A DNA stretch of 64,000 bases. It comes from Clostridia bacterium. GTDB lineage: Bacteria > Bacillota > Clostridia > Christensenellales > Borkfalkiaceae. A model generated the notes under the pieces. The model worked only from the letters and a program-made list of their open reading frames with translations, did not search any database and had not been told where the DNA came from. Below, piece after piece: positions 18,203-26,980 of this stretch. Location: contig JAFSRT010000013.1 of assembly GCA_017445995.1 (NCBI GenBank), positions 545-64,544 of the forward strand, in the 5' to 3' direction. Both the position numbers and the translations under genes were made by a program. Positions within the stretch are counted from its first letter, which is position 1; every line of letters begins with the position of its first letter.

Positions 18203-19628
18203 AACTTATTCTCCTTTTGTTTTTAGGTGAAAGCGATAGCGGACGGTAAGTGTTTTTAACCATAAGCCCCTTATAAAAACTGTCTTTAATATCGTTTTTG
18301 ACAAGCGGTGAAAAGGGCGCGAAAATAGGCGTTCCGTAACTTTCAAACGACACGATATAAACGATAAACACGCCAAAGCACACGATAATCCCGTATGAAC
18401 CTATCGACCCGCCGACTATAAGGAAAATAAACCTAATAAGTGAAAAAGTCTGCGTAAGTTCGGGGACTGTGAATAAGCATATTCCCGAAAAAGCGATAAC
18501 CATAAGTGCGGGCGCGGAAATAATTCCCGCCGTAACCGCCGTTTCGCCAAGTACTAAACCGCCGACAATAGAGACAACCATACCCACGGTTTTTGGCATC
18601 CTTACGCTTGCTTCGTTTAGTATTTCGAAAATTAAAAGAGTAATAAACAGTTCGAAACTCGGCGATAAAGGAATACCTTTAATACTGCTTACTATCGTTA
18701 AGAGAAAACTAAGCGGTATATACTCTAAATGAAAAAGTTCGGCAGAGAGATAAAAGGCGGGTAAAAGTACCGAAAGACTGACTGAAATCAGCCTTATAAC
18801 CCTTAAAAGGGACGCAAGGTAAAAAGAATTATAATAGTCGCTCGGGCTTTGGAAATCTTCTATTAAAAGGTATGGAAGGGTAATGACTATCGGCGACCCG
18901 TCGACAATTATTCCTATTCTTCCTTCCAAAAGTCGCGACGTTAAAATATCGGGCTTTTCGGTGTTCCCGAATTGTTTGAAAAGGGACGTTTTATGTTCGC
19001 TTAAAAACTTGGAAATATATGAAGAATCGATTATTGCGTCCACTTCGATTTTTTTGATTTTATTCTTTATTTTTTTAACGAGATTTTTATCGGCGATTTT
19101 ATTTATAAAACAAATTGAAACCCGAGTTTTAGAGTATTTCCCGACCGTAAGTTCGGAGAAAATCAAGTCGTTTGATTTTATTCTTCTTCTTATAAGGTTT
19201 ACGTTTACGTCGATACTTTCGACAAATCCTTCTCTCGGCCCTTTAATAACCGACGAAGTGGGCGGTTCGGAAATGGAACGATTTTCGTATTTTTGCACGG
19301 CAAAAGCGATTGCTTTTTCTTCGCCGTCTATAAGTAGCACGGCGTTCCCGTCTTCGAGTTTTGAAAAGACAGAAGAAAAGGAAGTTATTATTTCTTTTTC
19401 CGGATATAAAACGCCGTTATAAACGTCTCTTAACGTTGCTTTTTCTTTAAGTTCAGACAGGGGCTTAACGATAAGCGTTCCTACGTTGCTTTTATTTACG
19501 CTGTTTTTATAAAAAACCAAAAGTGCGGAAGTGTCGTTTATTGTAAAAGGGCAGTATTCAAAGTCGGACGCTACTATCTTTTTTTCGAGTATATTTCGGT
19601 TGTCTTTTAAGCGCTTACAAATATTCAT
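18195..19628 (-). CDS. Spore germination protein, GerAA/Ger(x)A family
   Basis: The conserved core EPPTSSVIKGPREGFVE...LIRRRIK...NTEKPD...GRIGIIVDGSPIVITLP matches GerAA. The start is uncertain: ATG 19628 is preferred over TTG 19664, which lies in a terminator T-run. Neither has a Shine-Dalgarno. Confidence 0.85.
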   Translation of the reverse strand: MNICKRLKDNRNILEKKIVASDFEYCPFTINDTSALLVFYKNSVNKSNVGTLIVKPLSELKEKATLRDVYNGVLYPEKEIITSFSSVFSKLEDGNAVLLIDGEEKAIAFAVQKYENRSISEPPTSSVIKGPREGFVESIDVNVNLIRRRIKSNDLIFSELTVGKYSKTRVSICFINKIADKNLVKKIKNKIKKIEVDAIIDSSYISKFLSEHKTSLFKQFGNTEKPDILTSRLLEGRIGIIVDGSPIVITLPYLLIEDFQSPSDYYNSFYLASLLRVIRLISVSLSVLLPAFYLSAELFHLEYIPLSFLLTIVSSIKGIPLSPSFELFITLLIFEILNEASVRMPKTVGMVVSIVGGLVLGETAVTAGIISAPALMVIAFSGICLFTVPELTQTFSLIRFIFLIVGGSIGSYGIIVCFGVFIVYIVSFESYGTPIFAPFSPLVKNDIKDSFYKGLMVKNTYRPLSLSPKNKRRISYE

Positions 19629-19633
19629 AAAGG

Positions 19634-19663
19634 TAGTATCGATAAAATACGGATATTTATACA
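19634..19663 (-). promoter_or_regulatory. Sigma-G-like forespore promoter immediately upstream of gerAA
   Basis: Minus strand reads TGTATA, a 17-nt spacer, then GATACTA. That is one mismatch in each element from the classical sigma-G pattern TGAATA-17/18-CATACTA. The -10 ends 5 nt before ATG 19628. Confidence 0.4.
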
Positions 19664-19699
19664 AAAAAAGCGAAGCGTAAGTTAGTGCTTACGCTTCGC
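19662..19699 (-). terminator. Rho-independent terminator after the 19729-20262 gene
   Basis: 12-bp stem gcgaagcgtaag / cttacgcttcgc, followed on the minus strand by TTTTTTTG. Confidence 0.8.
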
Positions 19700-19728
19700 C
19701 CTGCCGATTTCTCGGCGTAGTTCGGTTG

Positions 19729-20262
19729 TTATTTTATAAGTTCGTTTGCAAAAGATAAAATCCCGTCGGATATTTTATCAATATCTTCGTCCGTAATATT
19801 ATTGCAACTCTTTTTTAAAATAATTGTAACAATGTTTCGTAATTTTTCCGTGCTTACCGCATCGTAGTTTACTCTTATTACGTTAGCGATTTTAATCGAC
19901 AGAGAATAACTGTCGTTTGCGTAATATTTAATAAGTCCCTGAATAGATAGGGCAAGCGGGTCGAAGTTTATCTTTCCGCTTTTTAAATTATTTATAAAAG
20001 TGAAAAGTATAGACGATAAAAACCCGCACATAACGCCGGATGAGACGGTTTCGATATTTACGCTTAATTTTGAAGACGATATTAAATCGTAGATAAAATA
20101 GAGTAAAATACTTACGATAAACGGAAACAGCGTTTTAACGATATCGGGCAATTTATAAAACAAAAACTTGTCCGCTAAAAAACTTATCGATAGAGTTAAA
20201 AATGCAATCAGTAATATCGGCAAAGAAAACGCCGACAAAAACGTAGTGAAATTAAAATACAT
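19729..20262 (-). CDS. Hypothetical membrane protein (177 aa)
   Basis: The N-terminal half has about 4 hydrophobic segments and the C-terminal ~70 aa are soluble. RBS AAGGAG lies upstream (taaaaggagtgtaatATG). No family recognised. Confidence 0.6.
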   Translation of the reverse strand: MYFNFTTFLSAFSLPILLIAFLTLSISFLADKFLFYKLPDIVKTLFPFIVSILLYFIYDLISSSKLSVNIETVSSGVMCGFLSSILFTFINNLKSGKINFDPLALSIQGLIKYYANDSYSLSIKIANVIRVNYDAVSTEKLRNIVTIILKKSCNNITDEDIDKISDGILSFANELIK

Positions 20263-20523
20263 ATTACACTCCTTTTAAGGGAGTGAATTTTCTTCTTTTT
20301 CTATTGCATTACGCAGTCGTAAAAAATAACCGTTATGTATATCACAATAATAAAACAGTATAAAATCGCCCCCTTATAATTTTTCCCAAACGCAGAAAGT
20401 ATTGTAGCATAAATATTAAATAAAAAAAGTCTTTTATGACCTGAAAAAAAGGACTTGCCCCGTTTAATATTTATAAAAATTAAAGCATAGTAATATATCA
20501 AAATCAAAAAAGGGGAATATGCT

Positions 20524-21225
20524 ATGCTATTTGAAAGTATTTTATATTTAATATCAAAACTCGTATTTTTCACGGGCAGTTTTCTGTCGAACAGTTCTTT
20601 TCCGAAGCCGTTAGATAAAAACGAAGAAAACGAACTCATTGAAAAGATGCAGAAAGGCGACAAGTCGGCGCGTGAAAAACTGATAAACCATAACCTTCGC
20701 TTGGTTGCACATATCGTTAAAAAATACGCGGGCGCAACCGAACAGGACGATTTGATATCCGTCGGCAGTATCGGGCTAATTAAGGCGATAGATACCTATA
20801 ACAACGAAAAAGGCACGGGGCTTGCAACCTACACCGCAAGGTGTATCGAAAACGAAATACTTATGATGCTACGCACCAACAAAAAGTATAAAAACGAAAT
20901 ATCAATGCAAACGCCTGTCGGCAAAGATAAGGACGGCAACGAACTCAATATTATCGACTTATTATCGGATTCCGAAGACAGCGTTTTTAAAAGCGTCGAT
21001 AAAGAAATTGAAAGCGAAAAGATATATAATTTCATTAAATCGTCGCTGACAGATAGAGAGTTTAAAATTATCTGTTTACGATACGGGTTAAAAGGCGGAA
21101 AATGTTATGCGCAACGCGAAGTCGCTTCTTTTCTTAAAATATCGCGTTCGTACATATCGAGAATAGAGAAGAAGGCGATAGAAAAACTTAAAGAAAAGGG
21201 GAAAAATTATAATTTTTATTGCTAA
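20524..21225 (+). CDS. sigK: RNA polymerase sporulation sigma factor, SigK-like, with an N-terminal pro-sequence
   Basis: SSFPKPLDKNEE...KGDKSAREKLINHNLRLVAHIVKKY...GLATYTARCIENEILM...ISRSYISRIEKKA aligns closely with B. subtilis pro-sigma-K (NAFPQPL, LVAHIVKKF, SRSYVSRIEKRA). The gene is uninterrupted. Confidence 0.75.
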   Translation: MLFESILYLISKLVFFTGSFLSNSSFPKPLDKNEENELIEKMQKGDKSAREKLINHNLRLVAHIVKKYAGATEQDDLISVGSIGLIKAIDTYNNEKGTGLATYTARCIENEILMMLRTNKKYKNEISMQTPVGKDKDGNELNIIDLLSDSEDSVFKSVDKEIESEKIYNFIKSSLTDREFKIICLRYGLKGGKCYAQREVASFLKISRSYISRIEKKAIEKLKEKGKNYNFYC

Positions 21226-21263
21226 ATTAACGAGTATGTGTTAAAATATATAAAAGGAAAGTT

Positions 21264-21506
21264 ATGGAAAATAAAATAGCAATAGTCGGAATAATCGTTT
21301 CCGATATAAACGCCGTTGAAAAAGTCAACGCCGTTATTCACGAAGTAAGGGACTACGTCGTCGGAAGACTCGGAGTTCCGTATCGCGGTAAGCACGTTTC
21401 GGTTATAAGTATTATAATCGACGCACCGCTTACCGTAATAAACGCCTTATCGGGCAAAATCGGTATGATAGACGGCGTTTCCTGTAAGGTTTTAACGACG
21501 AAATAG
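21264..21506 (+). CDS. TM1266-family small ACT/NikR-C-like protein (annotated elsewhere as iron-only hydrogenase system regulator)
   Basis: 80 aa. The pattern IAIVGIIVSD...VNAVIHE...VVGRLGVPYRGKHVSVISIIIDAP...INALSGKIGMIDGVSCKV matches my recollection of the TM1266/TIGR03959 family. Confidence 0.6.
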   Translation: MENKIAIVGIIVSDINAVEKVNAVIHEVRDYVVGRLGVPYRGKHVSVISIIIDAPLTVINALSGKIGMIDGVSCKVLTTK

Positions 21507-21507
21507 T

Positions 21508-22296
21508 ATGGAATATACCTTTATAAGCGGTGCTACGGGCGGTATAGGTAAAGCGTTTTGTATTTCCTGTGCGAAAAGGGGTTATAACCTTTTTATAACG
21601 GGCAGAAGCAAGGATAAACTGCAAGCATTAAAAGACGAATTAGTAAAAGATTATAATATCGCGGTGGATTTTTTTCCGTGCGACTTATCGGATAGCGAAG
21701 ACAGGGCGAAAATGTTTTCCTATATAGAGAAGAACGCCCGTTATTTCGACAGAATAATAAACGTCGCCGGGGTGGACACGCAAAAAGCGTTTAGTCTTTA
21801 CACTCGCGAAAAGGTGCTTTTTCAGATAAACGTCAACAGCGTTGCGACGCTTGATATTACGCATTTTTTACTTAAAAGGCGAAAAAAAGAGTTAGAGATA
21901 ATAACCATATCTTCAATGTCGGGCGTTTCGCCTATGCCGTATTTTGCAATCTATTCGGCAACGAAAGATATGCTGACTAATTTTTTTACGGCGCTTCACT
22001 ACGAACTGAAAAAAGACGGGGTAAAAATAACTTCGGTACTTCCTGCCGGCGTTCCGACTCGCCCCGATATAATAGAAGAAATAAAATCGCAGGGCTTTTT
22101 CGGCAAAATTTCCTGCAAATCACCTGAGTATATCGCCGAAAAATCGCTTAATAAAGTCAAAAAGAACAAGTTAATATTCGTTCCGGGATTTGTCAATAAA
22201 GTATTATACTGTTTAATGAAAATCGCCCCGAAAAAACTTGTTTTAAGATATATTGCAAGAAGGTGGAAATCCCACAGTAAAGACGCGTTTATATAG
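21508..22296 (+). CDS. SDR family oxidoreductase
   Basis: TGATGGIGKAF cofactor motif, NVAG, and the catalytic YSATK motif. Confidence 0.85.
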   Translation: MEYTFISGATGGIGKAFCISCAKRGYNLFITGRSKDKLQALKDELVKDYNIAVDFFPCDLSDSEDRAKMFSYIEKNARYFDRIINVAGVDTQKAFSLYTREKVLFQINVNSVATLDITHFLLKRRKKELEIITISSMSGVSPMPYFAIYSATKDMLTNFFTALHYELKKDGVKITSVLPAGVPTRPDIIEEIKSQGFFGKISCKSPEYIAEKSLNKVKKNKLIFVPGFVNKVLYCLMKIAPKKLVLRYIARRWKSHSKDAFI

Positions 22297-22306
22297 GAGA
22301 AAGTAA

Positions 22307-23137
22307 ATGAGTTACGCAGACGAAATATTTATTAAAAATTGCAGGGACATAATAGATAACGGCGTGTCGGACGAGAACGCGAAAGTCCGTCCGCATTGGA
22401 TAGACGGAACGCCCGCGCACACCAAAAAGAAATTCTGTATCGTAAACAGATACGATTTAAGTAAAGAGTTCCCGATAATTACTCTTCGTAGGACGGCGTT
22501 TAAGTCGGCTATCGACGAAATACTTTGGATTTGGCAGAAAAAATCCAACAATATTCACGACTTAAACTCTCATATCTGGGACAGTTGGGCGGACGAAACG
22601 GGTTCTATAGGAAAGGCTTACGGCTATCAACTCGGTATCAAACATAAGTATAAAGAAGGCGAGTTCGACCAAGTGGACAGGGTGCTTTTCGACTTAAAGA
22701 ATAACCCCGCGTCGAGAAGAATAATGACTAATATCTATACTTTTGCTGACCTATCTGAAATGAACTTGTATCCTTGTGCGTACTCTATGACTTTTAACGT
22801 AACGGGGGACAAACTGAACGGTATATTAAATCAACGTAGTAACGACGTTGCCGTTGCGAATAACTGGAACGTCGTTCAGTACGCAGTTTTAATTCATATG
22901 TTCGCGCAGGTTTCGGGCTTAAAAGTGGGCGAACTCGTTCACGTTATTGCCGACGCGCACTTATACGACAGGCATATTCCTATCGTTGAAAAAATGCTTA
23001 AAAATCCTACTTTTCCCGCACCTGAATTCGTTATGAATAAAGACGTTAAAAACTTTTACGACTTTAAGGTGGAAGATTTTGAACTTATCGACTATAATTA
23101 CAATAAACTTGACGAAAAATTTGAGGTAGCAATCTGA
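22307..23137 (+). CDS. thyA: Thymidylate synthase (ThyA)
   Basis: 276 aa. The motifs AIDEILWIWQ, GKAYGYQ, NLYPCAYSMTFNV (catalytic Cys) and QRSNDV are present. Confidence 0.92.
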   Translation: MSYADEIFIKNCRDIIDNGVSDENAKVRPHWIDGTPAHTKKKFCIVNRYDLSKEFPIITLRRTAFKSAIDEILWIWQKKSNNIHDLNSHIWDSWADETGSIGKAYGYQLGIKHKYKEGEFDQVDRVLFDLKNNPASRRIMTNIYTFADLSEMNLYPCAYSMTFNVTGDKLNGILNQRSNDVAVANNWNVVQYAVLIHMFAQVSGLKVGELVHVIADAHLYDRHIPIVEKMLKNPTFPAPEFVMNKDVKNFYDFKVEDFELIDYNYNKLDEKFEVAI

Positions 23138-23637
23138 TGAAATCGATAGTTGCAGTAGATAAAAAGTGGGGAATAGGTAAAAGAAACGGGCTTTTGTTTT
23201 CATTGCCCCTTGATATGCGCTTTTTTAAGGAAAAAACGCTAAATAAAGTAGTGGTTATGGGTTCTAATACCCTTAAATCTTTCCCGAACGGAAAACCGCT
23301 TAAAGACAGAATAAATATAGTGCTTTTTCCGGACGGCGAGAAAAGGGACGATTGTATAGTCGTCGGCAGTATGGAAGAACTAAAACAAGAACTGTTAAAG
23401 TACGACACGAACGACGTTTTTATAATAGGCGGTGCAATGTTTTATAAAACGATGCTTTCTTATTGTTCGGAAATATTCGTTACGAAAGTGGACGCGGACG
23501 GGGAAGCCGAAGTCTTTTATGAAAATCTCGATAACCGTCCTGATTTTATCTGCATTTACGAAAGCGAAGAGACGGAAACCAACGGCTATAAAATCCGTTT
23601 TACCATCTATAAAAATCTTGACGTTAAAAAGTTTTAA
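23137..23637 (+). CDS. folA: Dihydrofolate reductase
   Basis: 166 aa. IVAVDKKWGIGKRNGL, VVMGSNTLKS and FIIGGAMFY are present. Its start overlaps the thyA stop (TGATG). Confidence 0.9.
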   Translation: MKSIVAVDKKWGIGKRNGLLFSLPLDMRFFKEKTLNKVVVMGSNTLKSFPNGKPLKDRINIVLFPDGEKRDDCIVVGSMEELKQELLKYDTNDVFIIGGAMFYKTMLSYCSEIFVTKVDADGEAEVFYENLDNRPDFICIYESEETETNGYKIRFTIYKNLDVKKF

Positions 23638-23651
23638 TAACTATTACAATT

Positions 23652-23684
23652 AAAAATCACCTGATAAAGTCAGGTGATTTTTTA
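23652..23684. terminator. Bidirectional terminator between folA and the convergent DNA-metabolism pair
   Basis: Hairpin atcacctga / tcaggtgat flanked by an A-run and a T-run. Confidence 0.8.
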
Positions 23685-24431
23685 ATCTTCGTAAGTTTCG
23701 GGCATATATTTTCTGTATCTATTCGGCATAAAATTGTCTTGCTGAGCGGTATTTTTTCTCTCTTTTACGTTGACACTCTTAAAATACTTTTTCCATAAAG
23801 ATAAAAGGTCTTTTTCGTTTTTCGAAAGATTAAGGACGGCGGTTTTATCGGTTATATCGTACCTTAAATGAAACCCGTCGGAAATTGCGATACGCTTTCT
23901 TTTTACGTCGTGAATAATAAACGGTTGGCGTGGCAGTCTCGATAAAAAGTGCGGTGCAACGAGTTCTATTATATTGTTATCGGGGGAAAAGGGCGCGTAT
24001 AAAACGCCGTTTACCGTTTCGTTAAACCTTAAAAAACCTTCTATTCGGTGCTTTTCAAAATTGATTTTATTGAATTCGTACCGAAATTCCATAACGTCTT
24101 CATCGGCAAGCATATCCGAAATATCACGCCTTTTTTGTAATATCTTATACGCGTATCTGAAAACCACGGTATAAATATCTATTCTGTCTGACGTAAGCAC
24201 GATATTCATATACCTTATTATAGAGTTGCCCGCATAATTAAAAAGCGCGTTTTTTACCCTGTCGGTATCGTGTTTATCTATTTCCCCGATATTTATTATT
24301 TCGTTTTCCAAACGCAGTTGAAAGGGCTGGCACTTGGGCGTTATTTCGTCGGGAATAATACGTTCGGTAAAAGCAACGAAAAGCGCCGAAAGTATGCCGT
24401 CTATTCCTTTTTTTACGTTAAATATCGTCAT
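23682..24431 (-). CDS. TIGR03915/DUF4130-like probable DNA metabolism protein (partner of the radical SAM protein)
   Basis: 249 aa with a 4-nt ATGA overlap with the upstream radical SAM gene. The family assignment rests on this obligate pairing and on the general sequence look (FRYAYK..., FLRF...LYAPFSPDNNI). No UDG-like domain is fused. Confidence 0.6.
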   Translation of the reverse strand: MTIFNVKKGIDGILSALFVAFTERIIPDEITPKCQPFQLRLENEIINIGEIDKHDTDRVKNALFNYAGNSIIRYMNIVLTSDRIDIYTVVFRYAYKILQKRRDISDMLADEDVMEFRYEFNKINFEKHRIEGFLRFNETVNGVLYAPFSPDNNIIELVAPHFLSRLPRQPFIIHDVKRKRIAISDGFHLRYDITDKTAVLNLSKNEKDLLSLWKKYFKSVNVKERKNTAQQDNFMPNRYRKYMPETYED

Positions 24432-25687
24432 AATTCACCGTGTAAAGCGGAAAGGGCGTTCTCGTCGATACCGAATATCGAAAGTTGTTCGGCGTTCGCG
24501 TTCTCTTCCGCGCTTATTAAAAGATTTTTAATATTAGTCGGGTGTTCGCTACCGTAGAACTTGCCCGAACAAGTGATAAAATGTTTCGCCCGTTTTAGTA
24601 CGACGCGAAGTTTTTTTAAGTCTTCAAAAGTAAGTTTTGCGTATTTTCTCGCTTCACGTATTCGCGACGCCGTTCTTATTCCTATCCCCGGAACTCTTAC
24701 AAGTAGTTCGTAAGGCACGGTGTTTATCTCGACGGGGAATAAGTCGAGTCGCCTTAACGCCCACGCGCACTTGGGGTCGTATTCGAGCGGAAGATTGCCG
24801 TCGTTCCCCGTGATTTCGGCGGAAGTAAACCCGTAAAACCTTAAAAGCCAGTCGGCTTGATACAGTCTGTGTTCTCTGATTTTCGGCGTAGGTAAATAGG
24901 GAAGGTGCGAAGAATCGTAATTAGTCGGAATATAGGAAGAATAATACACGCGTTTTAATTTATAGTTAGAATACATATATTCCGTAAGGTTAAGTATATG
25001 CGCGTCGTTTTCGGGCGAAGCGCCGATTATCATCTGCGTAGTTTGCCCCGCGGGCAAAAAATCTTTTCTTCTTTTAAACGGGCTTTCAAAATATTTATCG
25101 GTCGCAAGCATTTTCATCGGCGCGATTATATCGTGCTTATTTTTCTGCGGTGCGAGAAGTTTAAGGCTTTGTTCGGTCGGCAATTCGATATTAAAACTCA
25201 TTCTGTCGGCGTATAGCCCCGCCTTTTCTAAAAGAAGTCTGTCCGCCCCCGGGATACCTTTTAAGTGAATATATCCGTTAAATCGGTATACGGTGCGTAG
25301 GGTTTTAACTATATCAAAAAGCCTTTCCATAGTATAGTTAGGGCTTTTTACGATAGCGGAAGAAAGGAATAAACCTTCGATATAATTCCTTTTATAAAAC
25401 TCGATAACGAGTTCACATATCTCGCTGACTGTCGCCGTAGTGCGCGGAATATTCCCGTTCGTGCAACGGTTAATACAGTATTCGCAGTTATAAATACAGT
25501 CGTTACTCATAAGTATTTTAAGTAGCGAAATACACCTGCCGTCCTGTGTAAAAGAGTGGCATATCCCCGAAAAAGACGCGTTGCCTATTCCGTTTGCCGT
25601 ATTTTGCCGTTTCGACCCGCTTGAAGAACAGGATACGTCGTACTTTGCGGAGTTTACAAGTATTTCGAGTTTTCGTTCGTCTATCAT
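24428..25687 (-). CDS. Putative DNA modification/repair radical SAM protein (TIGR03916-like)
   Basis: 419 aa. It has a CxxxCxxC cluster motif (CIYNCEYC) and a C-terminal helix-hairpin-helix-like LVRVPGIGIRTASRIREAR. Confidence 0.75.
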   Translation of the reverse strand: MIDERKLEILVNSAKYDVSCSSSGSKRQNTANGIGNASFSGICHSFTQDGRCISLLKILMSNDCIYNCEYCINRCTNGNIPRTTATVSEICELVIEFYKRNYIEGLFLSSAIVKSPNYTMERLFDIVKTLRTVYRFNGYIHLKGIPGADRLLLEKAGLYADRMSFNIELPTEQSLKLLAPQKNKHDIIAPMKMLATDKYFESPFKRRKDFLPAGQTTQMIIGASPENDAHILNLTEYMYSNYKLKRVYYSSYIPTNYDSSHLPYLPTPKIREHRLYQADWLLRFYGFTSAEITGNDGNLPLEYDPKCAWALRRLDLFPVEINTVPYELLVRVPGIGIRTASRIREARKYAKLTFEDLKKLRVVLKRAKHFITCSGKFYGSEHPTNIKNLLISAEENANAEQLSIFGIDENALSALHGEL

Positions 25688-25704
25688 TTTTTCACCTTTT
25701 AATC

Positions 25705-25733
25705 AGTATAACACGCTTTTTATAAAAAGTCAA
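25705..25733 (-). promoter_or_regulatory. Sigma-A promoter of the radical SAM operon
   Basis: Minus strand reads TTGACT (25733-25728), a 17-nt spacer, then TATACT (25710-25705). RBS AAAGGTGA precedes ATG 25687. Confidence 0.6.
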
Positions 25734-25744
25734 ACAAATGTTCG
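25731..25744 (-). promoter_or_regulatory. Putative LexA (Cheo/SOS) box overlapping the -35
   Basis: Minus strand reads CGAACATTTGTTTG. This has one mismatch to the Firmicute consensus CGAAC-N4-GTTCG. Confidence 0.5.
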
Positions 25745-25762
25745 TATTTTTTAAAAAAAGGC

Positions 25763-25794
25763 AAAAAAATCGGGCAACGGAAAACCGTTGCCCG
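25763..25794 (-). terminator. Rho-independent terminator after serA
   Basis: Hairpin cgggcaacgg / ccgttgcccg, followed on the minus strand by TTTTTTT. Confidence 0.85.
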
Positions 25795-25811
25795 AGAAAA
25801 ATAATAAAACG

Positions 25812-26978
25812 TTATTTAATTACTCTTACTTTAATAACGCCTTCTAATTCCGAAATGTTAGCGAGTGAAGAAGAAGGGATTTCCTTTTCAACGTCCAAAA
25901 TAGTAACGGCATAATCGCCTTTCGATTGATTAGAAAGATTTTCGATATTGATACGTTCTTTACCGACAGCGCCCGTAATCTGCGCGAGAATATTAGAGAT
26001 ATTCTTATGAAGAATAACCAAACGAACGTCCGTCGTTCTCGGCATAGAACAGGACGGGTAGTTTACCGAGTTCGTTATATTACCGTTTTCAATGTAGTCG
26101 ATAAGTTCTTTTGCCGCCATTTCCGCACAGTTGTCTTCGGCTTCCGGGGTCGACGCGCCAAGGTGCGGAATACAGATAACGTTCTTTGCACCGATTAGTT
26201 CGTCGGCAGGGAAGTCGACGATATATCTTGCGACCTTACCGCTTTCCGTTGCCTTAATAATATCGGCGTTGTCAACGAGTTCGCCACGCGCACAGTTTAT
26301 AATAACTACGCCGTCTTTCATCTGACGGATATTGCCCGCGTTAATAAAGCCCTTATTAGAAGACGCGATATAAGGTATATGAATAGTGATATAATCGCAG
26401 GTTTTAAATATTTCGTCCAAATCTTTAACGACGGTTACGTGTCTTGAAAGTTTAAGCGCTGCGTTAACGGATAGGAACGGGTCGTACCCGATAACTTCCA
26501 TACCAAGCCCCAAAGCGCAGTTAGCGACGTTAGCACCGATAGCGCCAAGCCCGATTACGCCTAATTTTTTGCCGAGTATTTCACCGCCTACGAATTGACT
26601 TTTGCCTTTTTCGACTAATTTTGAAACTTCTTCGCCCTGACCCTTAATTGTGTCTACCCACTTAATAGCGTCTACGATTTTTCTCGACCCTAAAAGAAGT
26701 GATGCGATAACGAGTTCTTTAACGGCGTTCGCGTTAGCCCCCGGCGTATTGAAAACGACTACGCCCTGTTTTGCGTATTCGTCGCAAGGAATATTGTTTA
26801 CACCTGCGCCCGCACGCGCGATTGCTATCGTGTTTTTATTGAGTTCGTAGCCTTGCATCTTAAACGAACGAAGCATAATCCCGATAGGATTTTCAACGTC
26901 CGACGAAACGTTATAAGACGAGTCGAAAACGTTATTTATAACTTTACTTATAGAATTAAGCGTTAAAATGTTTTTCAT
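25812..26978 (-). CDS. serA: D-3-phosphoglycerate dehydrogenase with a C-terminal ACT domain
   Basis: 388 aa. It has the 2-hydroxyacid dehydrogenase NAD motif GVIGLGAIG, the catalytic HLGAST region and a C-terminal ACT-like segment. It sits next to serC. Confidence 0.85.
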   Translation of the reverse strand: MKNILTLNSISKVINNVFDSSYNVSSDVENPIGIMLRSFKMQGYELNKNTIAIARAGAGVNNIPCDEYAKQGVVVFNTPGANANAVKELVIASLLLGSRKIVDAIKWVDTIKGQGEEVSKLVEKGKSQFVGGEILGKKLGVIGLGAIGANVANCALGLGMEVIGYDPFLSVNAALKLSRHVTVVKDLDEIFKTCDYITIHIPYIASSNKGFINAGNIRQMKDGVVIINCARGELVDNADIIKATESGKVARYIVDFPADELIGAKNVICIPHLGASTPEAEDNCAEMAAKELIDYIENGNITNSVNYPSCSMPRTTDVRLVILHKNISNILAQITGAVGKERINIENLSNQSKGDYAVTILDVEKEIPSSSLANISELEGVIKVRVIK

Positions 26979-26980
26979 AC

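Noticed and set aside
20301-20663. 120-aa minus-strand ORF overlapping the sigK start
   Set aside because: It overlaps the promoter, RBS and pro-sequence of sigK. It is hydrophobic and low-complexity, and I see no translation signals.
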